In this document: piece after piece, positions 26,401 through 34,352 of the stretch
Layout: every line of letters starts with the position of its first letter
How positions within the stretch are numbered: position 1 is the first letter of the stretch
Assembly: GCA_003487805.1 (NCBI GenBank)
Contig: DNNE01000065.1
Coordinates: forward strand, 56,349-120,348
From: Blastocatellia bacterium
Lineage (GTDB): Bacteria; Acidobacteriota; Blastocatellia; Pyrinomonadales; Pyrinomonadaceae
Direction of reading: 5' to 3'
Length of the DNA: 64,000 nt
The notes under the pieces: generated by a model
Database searches by the model: none
What the model was told of the DNA's origin: nothing
What the model saw: only the letters and a program-made list of their open reading frames with translations
Translations under genes and position numbers: made by a program

Positions 26401-26973
26401 AAGGCATCTTATGGCAATCTGCCGGGAGCGCCAGTGCCGGTTCGGCTCAGCGAATTTCTCCCCGACACCCGAGCGATTGGACAAGGTGTGGTCGTGGGCC
26501 AGCCAGGTTGGGAACTGACCCTGGAGAATAACAAGCAGGCTTTCTTTACGGAATTTGTGCAGCGTTCGCGATTCGCGCTCGCTTATCCGAGTTCATTGAC
26601 GCCGGCTCAGCTCGTCGATGCGTTGTCCGCGAATGCCGGACTTCTTCCCACGTCGGCGGATCGTCAGGCGGCGATCAACGAATTCGCCGGCGCCGCCTCG
26701 ACGGCAGACACTGCCGCGCGGGCCCGGTCATTGCGCGATATCGCTGAGAACCCAAAGCTGGCGCAGCAGGAGTTCAATTCGGCATTCGTCCTGATGCAGT
26801 ACTTCGGTTATTTGCGCCGCGATCCGAATGCGGCGCCGGAACCGGGTCTTAATTATGGCGGTTACAGCTTCTGGCTCAGCAAGATGGACCAGTTCAATGG
26901 CAATTACAATGATGCTGAGATGGTAAAGGCTTTTCTAGTGTCTCTCGAATATCGTCAGCGCTTCGGACCATGA
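23401..26973 (+). CDS. large secreted beta-helix / 3x Calx-beta / DUF4214 protein (adhesin-like)
   Basis: Signal-like MSTIVMLIGLLFLTGSAASA lies at aa 79-98, so the true start may be one of the downstream Met codons. CSLREA-like motif VTLREAITAANTN. Many parallel beta-helix repeats (N.I.GN.IG). Three Calx-beta-like modules (GTDY..SG.L.F..G.TSKT..V...DD..E..E.F). C-terminal DUF4214 motifs. Confidence 0.85.
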   Translation: MKTQSTNRHYDWLNSLASAMNGFNTAPLKRDELTTQTGDDLNCDDQDSPSPTNRMKERETEMQVLNNYETLTGRFATTMSTIVMLIGLLFLTGSAASAKTITVTGTGDTIAVDGVVTLREAITAANTNAASGDAPAGDPGLDVINFNIAGGGVKTISPTSALPIITEPITINGYTQPGASPNTLAIGDNAILLIELNGVNAGASTFGLIINAVNCTVRGLVINRFSVYGVRIMSGMGNNLIAGNFIGLDPTGTIALGNTSSGIGVNSSDNAIGGSAPADRNVISGNHAPGIFIIDGNFGDVLSNNKIQGNYIGTNAAGTAALTNITAGINIAGTDSNLVGGSNPGEGNLISGNSGEDGIRIGNSSTNTKVMGNLIGTKADGISPLGNGRGITLANTASSTIIGGTVAGSANIIAFSSFGNAVSVEKQNKQNAILGNSIFSNQSIAINGLGIDLSDNNGVGGVTPNDPGDADTGGNDLQNFPVLTSVTPSGATTTVQGTLNSTANTQFRVEVFSNTVCDPSGFGEGQKFVAFANVTTDANGDAGFTQNIPTASLVGPVFTATATDPNGNTSEFSQCKTSAAGGSGVLQFGTSMLTFFEAAGTATVTVTRTQGSTGTVKVDYATGPTNQSNKATAGTDYTTTSGQLTFLDGETSKTVSVPIIDDAISEQEEAFSMTLSNPTGGATIGIQSTVTFDILDDDAPALTINDVQVVEGNAGTTNATFTVSLTHTYFQDESVDYTSAAGTAQSGTDYQPASGTLVFLAGQTSKTITVLVNGDTTQEPDETFFVQLSNSNNVSILKSKGTATIINDDAPPAPTVQFNNASYSVQEDLGALTITVTRTGDSSAPASVDYATNDGTATQKGDFEYAAGRLTFAPGDTSKTFQVLINEDMYLEGNETFGLTLSNPVGATLGQQSTAAVSIIDDSPESLTNPIDDAQSFVYMHYHDFLNREPDQAGLAFWTNQITACGANQTCIDAKRSDVSAAFFVSIEFQQTGYLVERIYKASYGNLPGAPVPVRLSEFLPDTRAIGQGVVVGQPGWELTLENNKQAFFTEFVQRSRFALAYPSSLTPAQLVDALSANAGLLPTSADRQAAINEFAGAASTADTAARARSLRDIAENPKLAQQEFNSAFVLMQYFGYLRRDPNAAPEPGLNYGGYSFWLSKMDQFNGNYNDAEMVKAFLVSLEYRQRFGP

Positions 26974-27019
26974 CGAATTGAAGCACGAGGCATGGACGAT
27001 CGAACCCACCGGCTGATTA

Positions 27020-27064
27020 CGGCAGGCGTTGATGAGTTAAGTCAGCGCCTGCCGCTTTTTATTT
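27020..27064. terminator. hairpin terminator shared by convergent genes
   Basis: CGGCAGGCG-N17-CGCCTGCCG followed by CTTTTTATTT on the plus strand. It overlaps the last codons of the convergent MBL gene. Confidence 0.6.
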
Positions 27065-27830
27065 CGAGCCGCAGTCCGTCGGATGCCGCGATTGTCTCAC
27101 CGGGCCATAACTTCTTCGCTTCCGCTTCCAGATCGATGTCGTCCCATTCAGGATAAAGATGAGTGAGCAGGAGTTGCTTTGGTTCAGCCAGTTGCGCAAT
27201 ACACATCGCGTCCGCGAATTCAAGATGTTTGCGCGTGGGTTTGTCGCGATAGAAGGAACATTCCAGTATCAGCAGATCGGCATCGCGGGCAAAGTCGGCG
27301 ACCGCTTCTGAAAAACCTGTATCGGAGGTGTAGACGAGCGTCGCTCCGCTTTGGTCGGTTAGACGAATGGCGAGGCTCTCTGCGCGGTGAGGTGTTGAGA
27401 TCGTTTCTGCCTTCAGTCCTGCAAGCAGGTCAAAAATGTGGGCCGATTCAGTTGGAGCAAACTCGTGAATTTCCACCGCAAAGTTTTGGTCGAACAGCTT
27501 GTAATTGTGCGAGTCATCAATGGCTTTCAATAATTTCTCTATGCCTTCACAGCCGACAATCCTAAGCGGCTTCTTTCGATCACCGATCCCCGGCGCCCAT
27601 TTGATTCCAAAGAGAAACGGCGCGAGACCCGCACAATGATCCAGATGCAAATGGCTAATCCAGATCGCGTCGAGGTTGGGCCAATCGAGATTCTCCTGGG
27701 CCATGCGATGCGGCGCGTCGGCGCCGCAATCGAGCAGAATCGATCCGGCTTCCGTCTCGAGCCAGAAGCCCGCTGACGCGCGCTGCGGATGAAAGACGGA
27801 GGTGCCGGAACCGAGAACGATGAGTTGCAT
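27042..27830 (-). CDS. MBL-fold metallo-hydrolase (RNase Z/ElaC-like short form)
   Basis: MQLIVLGSGTS...LLDCGADA...WISHLHLDHCAGL (HxHxDH motif) and later conserved His/Asp positions. Confidence 0.85.
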   Translation of the reverse strand: MQLIVLGSGTSVFHPQRASAGFWLETEAGSILLDCGADAPHRMAQENLDWPNLDAIWISHLHLDHCAGLAPFLFGIKWAPGIGDRKKPLRIVGCEGIEKLLKAIDDSHNYKLFDQNFAVEIHEFAPTESAHIFDLLAGLKAETISTPHRAESLAIRLTDQSGATLVYTSDTGFSEAVADFARDADLLILECSFYRDKPTRKHLEFADAMCIAQLAEPKQLLLTHLYPEWDDIDLEAEAKKLWPGETIAASDGLRLEIKSGRR

Positions 27831-27921
27831 GAAGGAAGGCTAAATTGAAAATCCAGAATTGAAAAGTGCGTGTGAGCTATTGCTTCGCTCCCCAGGAGCA
27901 AAATATTTTAGCTGCAAGGCA

Positions 27922-28014
27922 GTCAGTACCGAGAGCGGTAGCGACCGGGTCGCCGCTAATTACAAGAATCAAGCGAGTCAGGGTTAACCCGGTCGCTACC
28001 GCTCCGATACTGAC
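27922..28014. repeat. 93-bp imperfect palindrome (arm GTCAGTACCGAGAGCGGTAGCGACCGGGT)
   Basis: Left arm 27922-27950. The right arm ACCCGGTCGCTACCGCTCCGATACTGAC ends at 28014. Same architecture at 35465-35557. One arm also occurs inside the RND CDS (8986-9014). Confidence 0.85.
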
Positions 28015-28216
28015 CTCATCCGCAAATTGATCGCGCGCAACTATGAATATTTCGCGCCTAACGGCGCTGACCGCCAAACTTCTTCCGGCCCGAGGCTGTT
28101 TTATTGCTCGGCTTCTTGTTGTCACACCGGGTTATCGCATATCCTGACGCGCTCTTAATTTTGAAACCGCGAAATAAGCAAATTCTCGCTACGGCGCCAA
28201 CGGAAGCAGACCGAAC

Positions 28217-28783
28217 ATGAGCATAAAAGCAGACAAGTGGATACGCCGCATGGCCCAGCAGCACGGCATGATTGAACCCTTCGAACCTGGCCAGGTTAAG
28301 GAAGTCGACGGCCGGCGAGTTGTTTCGTATGGCACTTCCAGTTACGGCTATGACGTGCGGTGTGCTGATGAGTTTAAGCTCTTCACTAATGTCTACAGCG
28401 CGATCGTGGATCCGAAGAAGTTCGACAATAAGAGTTTCGTCGACATTAAGGCTGACCATGTGGTGATTCCACCTAATAGTTTTGCCCTGGCCCGAACGGT
28501 GGAATACTTCCGCATACCCAGAAACGTAATGACTATCTGTCTGGGAAAGAGCACCTACGCGAGGTGTGGAATTATCGTTAACGTGACCCCTTTCGAACCT
28601 GAATGGGAAGGATATGTAACTCTGGAATTTTCGAACACGACCCCGATGCCGGCAAAGATCTATGCTAACGAAGGAGTCGCTCAAGTCATATTTTTCGAAG
28701 CCGATGAAGTCTGCGAAGTTTCATACAAAGACCGTGGCGGGAAGTATCAAGGGCAGCAGGGAGTAACTCCGCCGAAGTTGTAG
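28217..28783 (+). CDS. dcd: dCTP deaminase
   Basis: [59 protein letters not shown]...[36 protein letters not shown]...[16 protein letters not shown] is near-consensus Dcd. Confidence 0.92.
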   Translation: MSIKADKWIRRMAQQHGMIEPFEPGQVKEVDGRRVVSYGTSSYGYDVRCADEFKLFTNVYSAIVDPKKFDNKSFVDIKADHVVIPPNSFALARTVEYFRIPRNVMTICLGKSTYARCGIIVNVTPFEPEWEGYVTLEFSNTTPMPAKIYANEGVAQVIFFEADEVCEVSYKDRGGKYQGQQGVTPPKL

Positions 28784-28795
28784 CGGTCTCAGTTC

Positions 28796-29185
28796 TCAAA
28801 GATTGATATTTTCATCATAGTTATTGATATCTTTTCTCAAGCTACCCAATCCATGTTGCGAGCTCGGCGTTTTTTGACCCCCGTCAAGATCGAAAGCCGC
28901 TGCCATACCCACGTAATCAGAGGGGAACTCCACCGAAGGTTTTTGCTGGGACTCATACAAACACTCCGAGTAATATCGTTCTGCCTTGCGAATATTGAAG
29001 TCGCACCTAAAGAAGACGGAATTTCGCCGTGAGAGTTTTCTAATGACATTTTGCAAGATCACGGACTTCCCAAAACCCGCTAGTCCCGTAATCGCCACCA
29101 TTCGACGAGATGCAGTATCGACAAGTGCACTGTAAATCTGTTGCTCGATTGAACGGCCAAGGTACTGGTCCTCGTTGTACAACAA
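28796..29185 (-). pseudogene. AT-rich remnant of a P-loop NTPase gene
   Basis: The 129-aa ORF has a Walker A-like ITGLAGFGKS but nothing after ~aa 60 that looks like an NTPase core. The region upstream (29186-29460) holds only short broken coding-like frames (e.g. ...DIHQDAWDNLRRLFSSIISTDESEPQEDTSEDSDYDG*). GC is visibly lower than in the neighbouring sequence. Confidence 0.4.
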
Positions 29186-29469
29186 ATGACATTACCTCTG
29201 GTATAACTTGTCTTTACAAAATGAGTTCCAGAAGCACCTAAATAAAAAACAAACACCCATCATAATCGCTGTCTTCACTAGTATCTTCTTGAGGCTCAGA
29301 CTCATCCGTCGAGATGATTGATGAAAATAACCTGCGTAGGTTGTCCCACGCGTCCTGATGAATATCAGATGTTAGAAGTCTCTTCAATAGAATTACATCC
29401 TATAGGAGAGGTTACTGAGAGCGCTGATCATAACCCACCCTCAATCTTACTGACGAGGATCTCATCGAC

Positions 29470-29538
29470 GAGATTTCACTAACTATGAGAACCTGGAAGT
29501 GTGTTGGATCTCATAGTTAATTAGCCGACGAGGTTGAG
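29470..29538 (+). repeat. left copy of a direct repeat that duplicates the dut leader
   Basis: GAGATTTCACTAACTATGAGAACCTGGAAGT (29470-29500) matches 32748-32778 at 29/31. AGGTTGAG and CACCCA follow in both copies. Confidence 0.8.
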
Positions 29539-29601
29539 CGGCAACGGCACCCACGCAGAAAATCGTGATCCGCAAGGCCCGTCGAAAATGGGATGCTCGA
29601 C

Positions 29602-31302
29602 TTATCCAGGACCGTCCTTCTGTCTCAAATCCAGAGTGAATAGAACTTCGGTATCAACGCCATCCGTGACGGTTATTGGTTGCCTTAGTTGCTCGGGAAC
29701 TCCGCGCGGCAACTCCGATCCCGGTGAAGCCAGGATCATCACGGCTTCATAATTGCCGGCTGGAACATTCTTAATAACGAACTGCCCGCGCGAATCGGCC
29801 TGACCGTTCAGTCGAGTGCCCTCGCCCTGGCGCATCAAGCTAACGAAGATTAAGACGTTATTCGGCAAGGTGCCGCCCACGATCTTGACCTGTCCGCGAA
29901 CCACGCTCTCCCCAAAGGCTACATAGATTTTGAATCCTGACAAGTTTTGGCCGGGCCGGAGATCAATCTCGCGACCCTGCCTTACGCCGTTGTGTTCGAT
30001 ACGGGTCATGGTAAAGCCTGGCGCTTCAGACCCGATGATCTGTAGAGAAGTTTTTCCCGGGCGGATTCCCTCGAGCGAAAACGAGCCGTCGGGATTGATC
30101 TTTGAGACCGCTCCACTCCCATAAACGCGAATCTCGGTTGGCCCGGGATTGAAGCTGGACGCGACCATTAGCCTCGACAGTCGCGCGAGGACATTCCGGT
30201 CAGTGACGCCTTCGGGAACCACGACGCCGGAAATGGTCAGGCCGCGCTGAAACTTTATTTCCAGATCTGTGACGTCGCTGTCCACTATTTCAAAAGGAAC
30301 CGGTTCGCTGTAGACCTTTGGCGCCGACGAATCGGACGGCTGGAGAGACGCCGGGTCAATCATGAAGGCATAGCGGCCGGGCGTTATGCCTTCCACCCGA
30401 AACTCACCTTGCGAATTCGTCGGCGTTCCTGGTCCGGACGAACTGCTGACAAAGCTCTGACCCTGGTTCTGCTGCACATCGCCCAATGAAAACTGCACGC
30501 CCGCAAAAGGTTGGTTGTTGTCGGCGTCTATCACCCGCCCACTGACGGCGTAGGTCATTGCGCGCGGGCCCAGCTTAATGTCAATGTTTTTTGCTTCGCT
30601 GCCTGCGCTTACTTCAACAATCGTTGCCCTGGCGATGTCGGTGGCGTCCGGGTGAAAAGTCCTCGCATAATATCCCGAGGCTCGGGTTTCAGACATTCTG
30701 CCGTTCTCCTGGCCCGCGCTTACCTTATAGCGACCTGGAGGCAAACCGTAGAGGCGATAGACGCCACGGTCGTCAGTCGCATACATCATGTAATTCGCCC
30801 ATACCGGATTTGCTGCGCGTACAGGGGAGCCGTTCTCATCGACTTGCGTCAGGCTGATTCGCTCTGCGATAACGGGCCGTCCGTCCGTATCAGTCACCCG
30901 TCCGGTAATCACACCTCCGCGGGTCAATTTGAAATCGATTCCTTCGACCGTTTCGTTGGCTGCCAGATTGACAATCCGTCCCTGGCCAAACACCGCGTTG
31001 GTGGGAACGTAAACCGGGGCTACTGGCGTGAGGCTGACCATGCCCGCAGGCAATCCAAAAATTCGATAATTGCCTTCCGCATCAGATTTCGCCTGACCAA
31101 TTTGCGTTTGAGAGTTTTGATTCGTAGCTATAACGACGATTCCGGGAGCGGGCTTCTCGCCACTGGTCACGCGGCCAGAGATGGATCCGGTTAGCTTCGC
31201 TTTGCTTTCCGGAGCTTGCCCGAAAACTAGAATTGTTGAGCATGCAAGAATCGCGGAGATGACAATTGAGCCAAAGCCAAAGGGTCGTTTGATTCTGGTC
31301 AT
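29602..31302 (-). CDS. secreted carboxypeptidase-regulatory-like (CarboxypepD_reg) repeat protein
   Basis: Preferred start is ATG 31302 (GGAGG 9 nt upstream), giving signal MTRIKRPFGFGSIVISAILACSTILVFG. Five to six repeats of the G.I.GRV.D..G.P..G..V type. Confidence 0.8.
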   Translation of the reverse strand: MTRIKRPFGFGSIVISAILACSTILVFGQAPESKAKLTGSISGRVTSGEKPAPGIVVIATNQNSQTQIGQAKSDAEGNYRIFGLPAGMVSLTPVAPVYVPTNAVFGQGRIVNLAANETVEGIDFKLTRGGVITGRVTDTDGRPVIAERISLTQVDENGSPVRAANPVWANYMMYATDDRGVYRLYGLPPGRYKVSAGQENGRMSETRASGYYARTFHPDATDIARATIVEVSAGSEAKNIDIKLGPRAMTYAVSGRVIDADNNQPFAGVQFSLGDVQQNQGQSFVSSSSGPGTPTNSQGEFRVEGITPGRYAFMIDPASLQPSDSSAPKVYSEPVPFEIVDSDVTDLEIKFQRGLTISGVVVPEGVTDRNVLARLSRLMVASSFNPGPTEIRVYGSGAVSKINPDGSFSLEGIRPGKTSLQIIGSEAPGFTMTRIEHNGVRQGREIDLRPGQNLSGFKIYVAFGESVVRGQVKIVGGTLPNNVLIFVSLMRQGEGTRLNGQADSRGQFVIKNVPAGNYEAVMILASPGSELPRGVPEQLRQPITVTDGVDTEVLFTLDLRQKDGPG

Positions 31303-31500
31303 AGGAGATGTCCTCCAGAAGCGATCAAGGTTACCCGCCTGTGTGGGCGACATCAGCGCACGCGAAACCTCTGGCGGTGATGCAGTCTTGGGCGTGATTC
31401 ATGGCTGGACGCCGCACCACTTGCCAAACTGCACCACTACCAGAAATCAACTCGTTGAGCGACCCAGGCCCGGGCAATCCATTGCCCGCGCCGAACCTTG

Positions 31501-32379
31501 TTAATCTGCCAAACTGCAAGTATGGTCGGTGTCGGTATCATCGGTGCTCGATTCAGTCCCGCACCCCACACATGCCTCCGGTCTGCTTTTCTTTGGGAAG
31601 CCGCTGGATACTTCATTCAAGAAATAAACGACCTGGGAGCCGGAACATGATTGTCCCCCACAGGACCCGGTGTCGGCATGGTCCCACGAATAACACTTTT
31701 TCTCCTCAGCGTGATGGGCGAAAGATCTGGACGTCAATCCGGCGAATCTCTTTAGGTTCGCCGCCAACACCGCGTCCCAACTCTTGTCACGAACCCAACG
31801 CGACGGGTGGTCCTTGTCTCGCACGACCGGGTTGCCGCTTATCCAACCGGTGTCGTCATCAAAAAGTACCATATCAACAGAAACAGTCGTGAGTTTCGCG
31901 GCGGGGTCGGCCAGCCACTTCTTATCTGGCGGCAGTCCGCCACACCCTGCTTGACTGACCTTCAGATCAGTCGTTCTGGCAGGGAGTAGAGTCAGGTCCT
32001 CACCCGTCCTGGCGAATTGGGGTGAAAAGTGAAACATCTGCCCCCCGGTAATGAAAATGTCGGGAAGTGTCGTATTGCCTTTAGCATCTTTCGAAAACTC
32101 AATCCTCAGTCTTATGAGTTTTATGTTTTTCTGCGAGGCGTTTCGAACGGTAACCGAGAGATCCCGCAACCAATCGTCGGACGCGGAAAACGATGCGCCC
32201 GATGAGATTCTCTGCTTGGCTAACTTCATCTCGACAATCTCGAGTGGGGGTTGCTTAACATAGATTGGCCAGCGGTAGATTGAAACTCTGCCAAGGTGAT
32301 TTCCAACTTCGGTTCGCCCAACCGCAATTGTCACGATGAGAAGCGGGAGCACTGAAAGGACTTTGCTTTTTGTTTTCAT
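31501..32379 (-). CDS. secreted hypothetical protein with Cys-rich C-terminus
   Basis: Preferred start is ATG 32379 (AAAGGAGG upstream), giving signal MKTKSKVLSVLPLLIVTIAVG. No family recognised. Confidence 0.6.
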   Translation of the reverse strand: MKTKSKVLSVLPLLIVTIAVGRTEVGNHLGRVSIYRWPIYVKQPPLEIVEMKLAKQRISSGASFSASDDWLRDLSVTVRNASQKNIKLIRLRIEFSKDAKGNTTLPDIFITGGQMFHFSPQFARTGEDLTLLPARTTDLKVSQAGCGGLPPDKKWLADPAAKLTTVSVDMVLFDDDTGWISGNPVVRDKDHPSRWVRDKSWDAVLAANLKRFAGLTSRSFAHHAEEKKCYSWDHADTGSCGGQSCSGSQVVYFLNEVSSGFPKKSRPEACVGCGTESSTDDTDTDHTCSLAD

Positions 32380-32747
32380 GCGATCCTCCTTTGGATTGAG
32401 TAAGCGCACGGTTTATAGCATAGGCCCCAAATGGCAGCAAGATTTTTTGCTAGAGAGCACAATGGCTGAACGGGAAATGCTTAACTACGGTCGAGACCAG
32501 CGTCTGTCAATGATCCAAAAACGACTTCCGAGTATGTTTCGCTACGGGACGGCAGCTGGCATTGCTAAGTCCCGTTCGGGTTCGGGTCACACCTGAGCAT
32601 GAACATCTCGCAATTTGCTGGGACATCAGTTATGCGCCGGAAGGAGTCAACAATTGATAGGATTCTGGCGAAAAGGATCAGTAACCATGAGATTCCGAAC
32701 TCATGAACAGTGAGAGGACGGCTGTAAGTTGTTGTATCTTAGCAAGA

Positions 32748-32808
32748 GAGATTTCATTAACGATGAGAACCTGGAAGTAGTGCCGGTTCTCAGGACGGGC
32801 AGGTTGAG
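32748..32808 (+). repeat. right copy of the direct repeat = leader immediately upstream of dut
   Basis: See 29470-29538. This copy runs up to the dut ATG (32817). It contains the hairpin TGAGAACC-N13-GGTTCTCA. Confidence 0.8.
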
Positions 32809-32816
32809 TACCACCC

Positions 32817-33248
32817 ATGAGCGGTGAACAGTTTTTGAGGTTTAAGAAGCTCGATCCTTTGGCGATGTTGCCCACTCGTGGGAGTCCGTTCTCGGCGGGA
32901 TTAGACCTTCATTCGATCGAAGCGACCACCTTGGAACCAAATCAAAGGCAACTGATAAGAACCGGTCTCGCAGTTGCCATACCTGAGGGCCATTACGGTC
33001 GCCTCGCGCCGCGATCCGGTTTGGCGGTGCAGAAGGGAATTGATGTCCTGGCCGGAGTCATCGACGCCGACTACCGCGGTGAGATTCAGTGCTTACTCCA
33101 CAATACGGGAACCGAAATTGTAGAGTTGCCGGCGCAGTCAAGAATTTGTCAGTTGATAATTGAGAAGCTGATCACCCCCACTCCCGTATGGGCCGACGAT
33201 CTTACGAACACCATGCGAGGCAGCGGTGGTTTTGGCTCAACAGGTTGA
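32817..33248 (+). CDS. dut: dUTP diphosphatase
   Basis: ...LPTRGSPFSAGLDLHS...GRLAPRSGLAVQKGIDVLAGVIDADYRGEI...RGSGGFGSTG: all five dUTPase motifs are recognisable. Confidence 0.92.
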   Translation: MSGEQFLRFKKLDPLAMLPTRGSPFSAGLDLHSIEATTLEPNQRQLIRTGLAVAIPEGHYGRLAPRSGLAVQKGIDVLAGVIDADYRGEIQCLLHNTGTEIVELPAQSRICQLIIEKLITPTPVWADDLTNTMRGSGGFGSTG

Positions 33249-33263
33249 AAGAGATCTACGCGA

Positions 33264-34013
33264 TCACTCTTGTCGCATCGCGCGCCGGAGCGAATCAGGA
33301 ATTCGAGATCGATCAGCGGCGAATACGGGGCGGAACTTGCTGTCGAATTTCAACGCGACGTAAGGCGTTCCATCGTTCAGATCGATCACCAGAATAGCTT
33401 CTTCGATCGTGCATGAATGAGCCATGCAGCCTCGCATCACGATCGTGTCGCCGTCCTTCTCAATAGGTGTCTCGACCTGCATTCGATCCGTGAAGGCTTT
33501 GTAATTCGTTCCCAGTAATTGACGCAGGCGCGTCTTTACCGACGGCACCCCACGGAACAGCTCGTTCGGATACTTACCAACATAGCGTGCGAGGTTCGAC
33601 GATTCAGGAGTTGACTGACCGCGCGGCAGAATCTCAACCACGACCGTGAAGTTGCCACGCCACGCATTGGCCATCGGACTCTCGCTGACGCCAATCTTAT
33701 AATCGCCAGTCTCACTAAGGTCGTCATCGAAAACTACGCCGCCGGGTTGGGTTTCCTGTTGGCCGGTAGGAGAGATCACTGTGCCGTGGGTCGCGTCGCG
33801 CGCGTTGATGTTGACGCGCATGTGCTGACCGGCGCTGGCCCGCAAGACGAACCACGCTGAATCTCGATTGCCGCGCAGATAACCAGTCGCGCGCGCGACG
33901 GTGGCGGCTCGCGCAAATACGATTCGCTGAGGGGCCCGCTCAGTCTGTGCGATCGTGGCCAGGCAGGCGGCAATGATTAGCAGGGACGAGGCAACAAATC
34001 TGTTAATAGTCAT
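33264..34013 (-). CDS. secreted hypothetical protein; C-terminal part has an Ivy-like C-x2-H-x-C loop motif
   Basis: Signal MTINRFVASSLLIIAACLATIAQ. The C-terminal region ...DGDTIVMRGCMAHSCTIEEAILVIDL resembles the CKPHDC loop context of Ivy lysozyme inhibitors (weak, motif-level only). Confidence 0.55.
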   Translation of the reverse strand: MTINRFVASSLLIIAACLATIAQTERAPQRIVFARAATVARATGYLRGNRDSAWFVLRASAGQHMRVNINARDATHGTVISPTGQQETQPGGVVFDDDLSETGDYKIGVSESPMANAWRGNFTVVVEILPRGQSTPESSNLARYVGKYPNELFRGVPSVKTRLRQLLGTNYKAFTDRMQVETPIEKDGDTIVMRGCMAHSCTIEEAILVIDLNDGTPYVALKFDSKFRPVFAADRSRIPDSLRRAMRQE

Positions 34014-34129
34014 TGGATCCTTTCCGAGTTGCTTAATGTTTTGGATTTTCTTTCCTTTTAATCTGTAAGACGGTTCACCTCCTTATTCCTTGAGACGGAT
34101 TTCGATTCGTTCCTTCAAGCTCATGATTG

Positions 34130-34341
34130 CAACCCGAAGGGTTGTCCGAAAGTAGCCGGTGGTCGGAGCAGAGCGAAGACCACCGGTACCAAGTGATAAC
34201 AGATCGCACCCTGTAGGGTGCCACTAGTCTTGTCTTGCGAATTCAGAAAGCGTCTTGCACCCTTTCAGGGTGCCGACAATCAATCCATTTTCTTCCGGTG
34301 GTCTGCGACCACCGGCTACTCTCTCGCAGCCCTTCGGGCTG
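34130..34341. repeat. cluster of GC-rich hairpins arranged as two inverted copies
   Basis: Hairpins, in order: CAACCCGAAGGGTTG; CCGGTGGTC..GACCACCGG; GCACCCTGTAGGGTGC; GCACCCTTTCAGGGTGC; CCGGTGGTCTGCGACCACCGG; CAGCCCTTCGGGCTG. Confidence 0.8.
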
Positions 34342-34352
34342 ACACGCGGCGT

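Noticed and set aside
32336-32596. 86-aa ORF in the gap upstream of dut. Also ORFs 40714-40995(-) and 40731-41054(+) in the hairpin cluster, and 4628-4852(+) and 2730-2918(+) in repeat regions.
   Set aside because: They have no SD and atypical composition, and they are largely made of the palindromic repeat sequences themselves.
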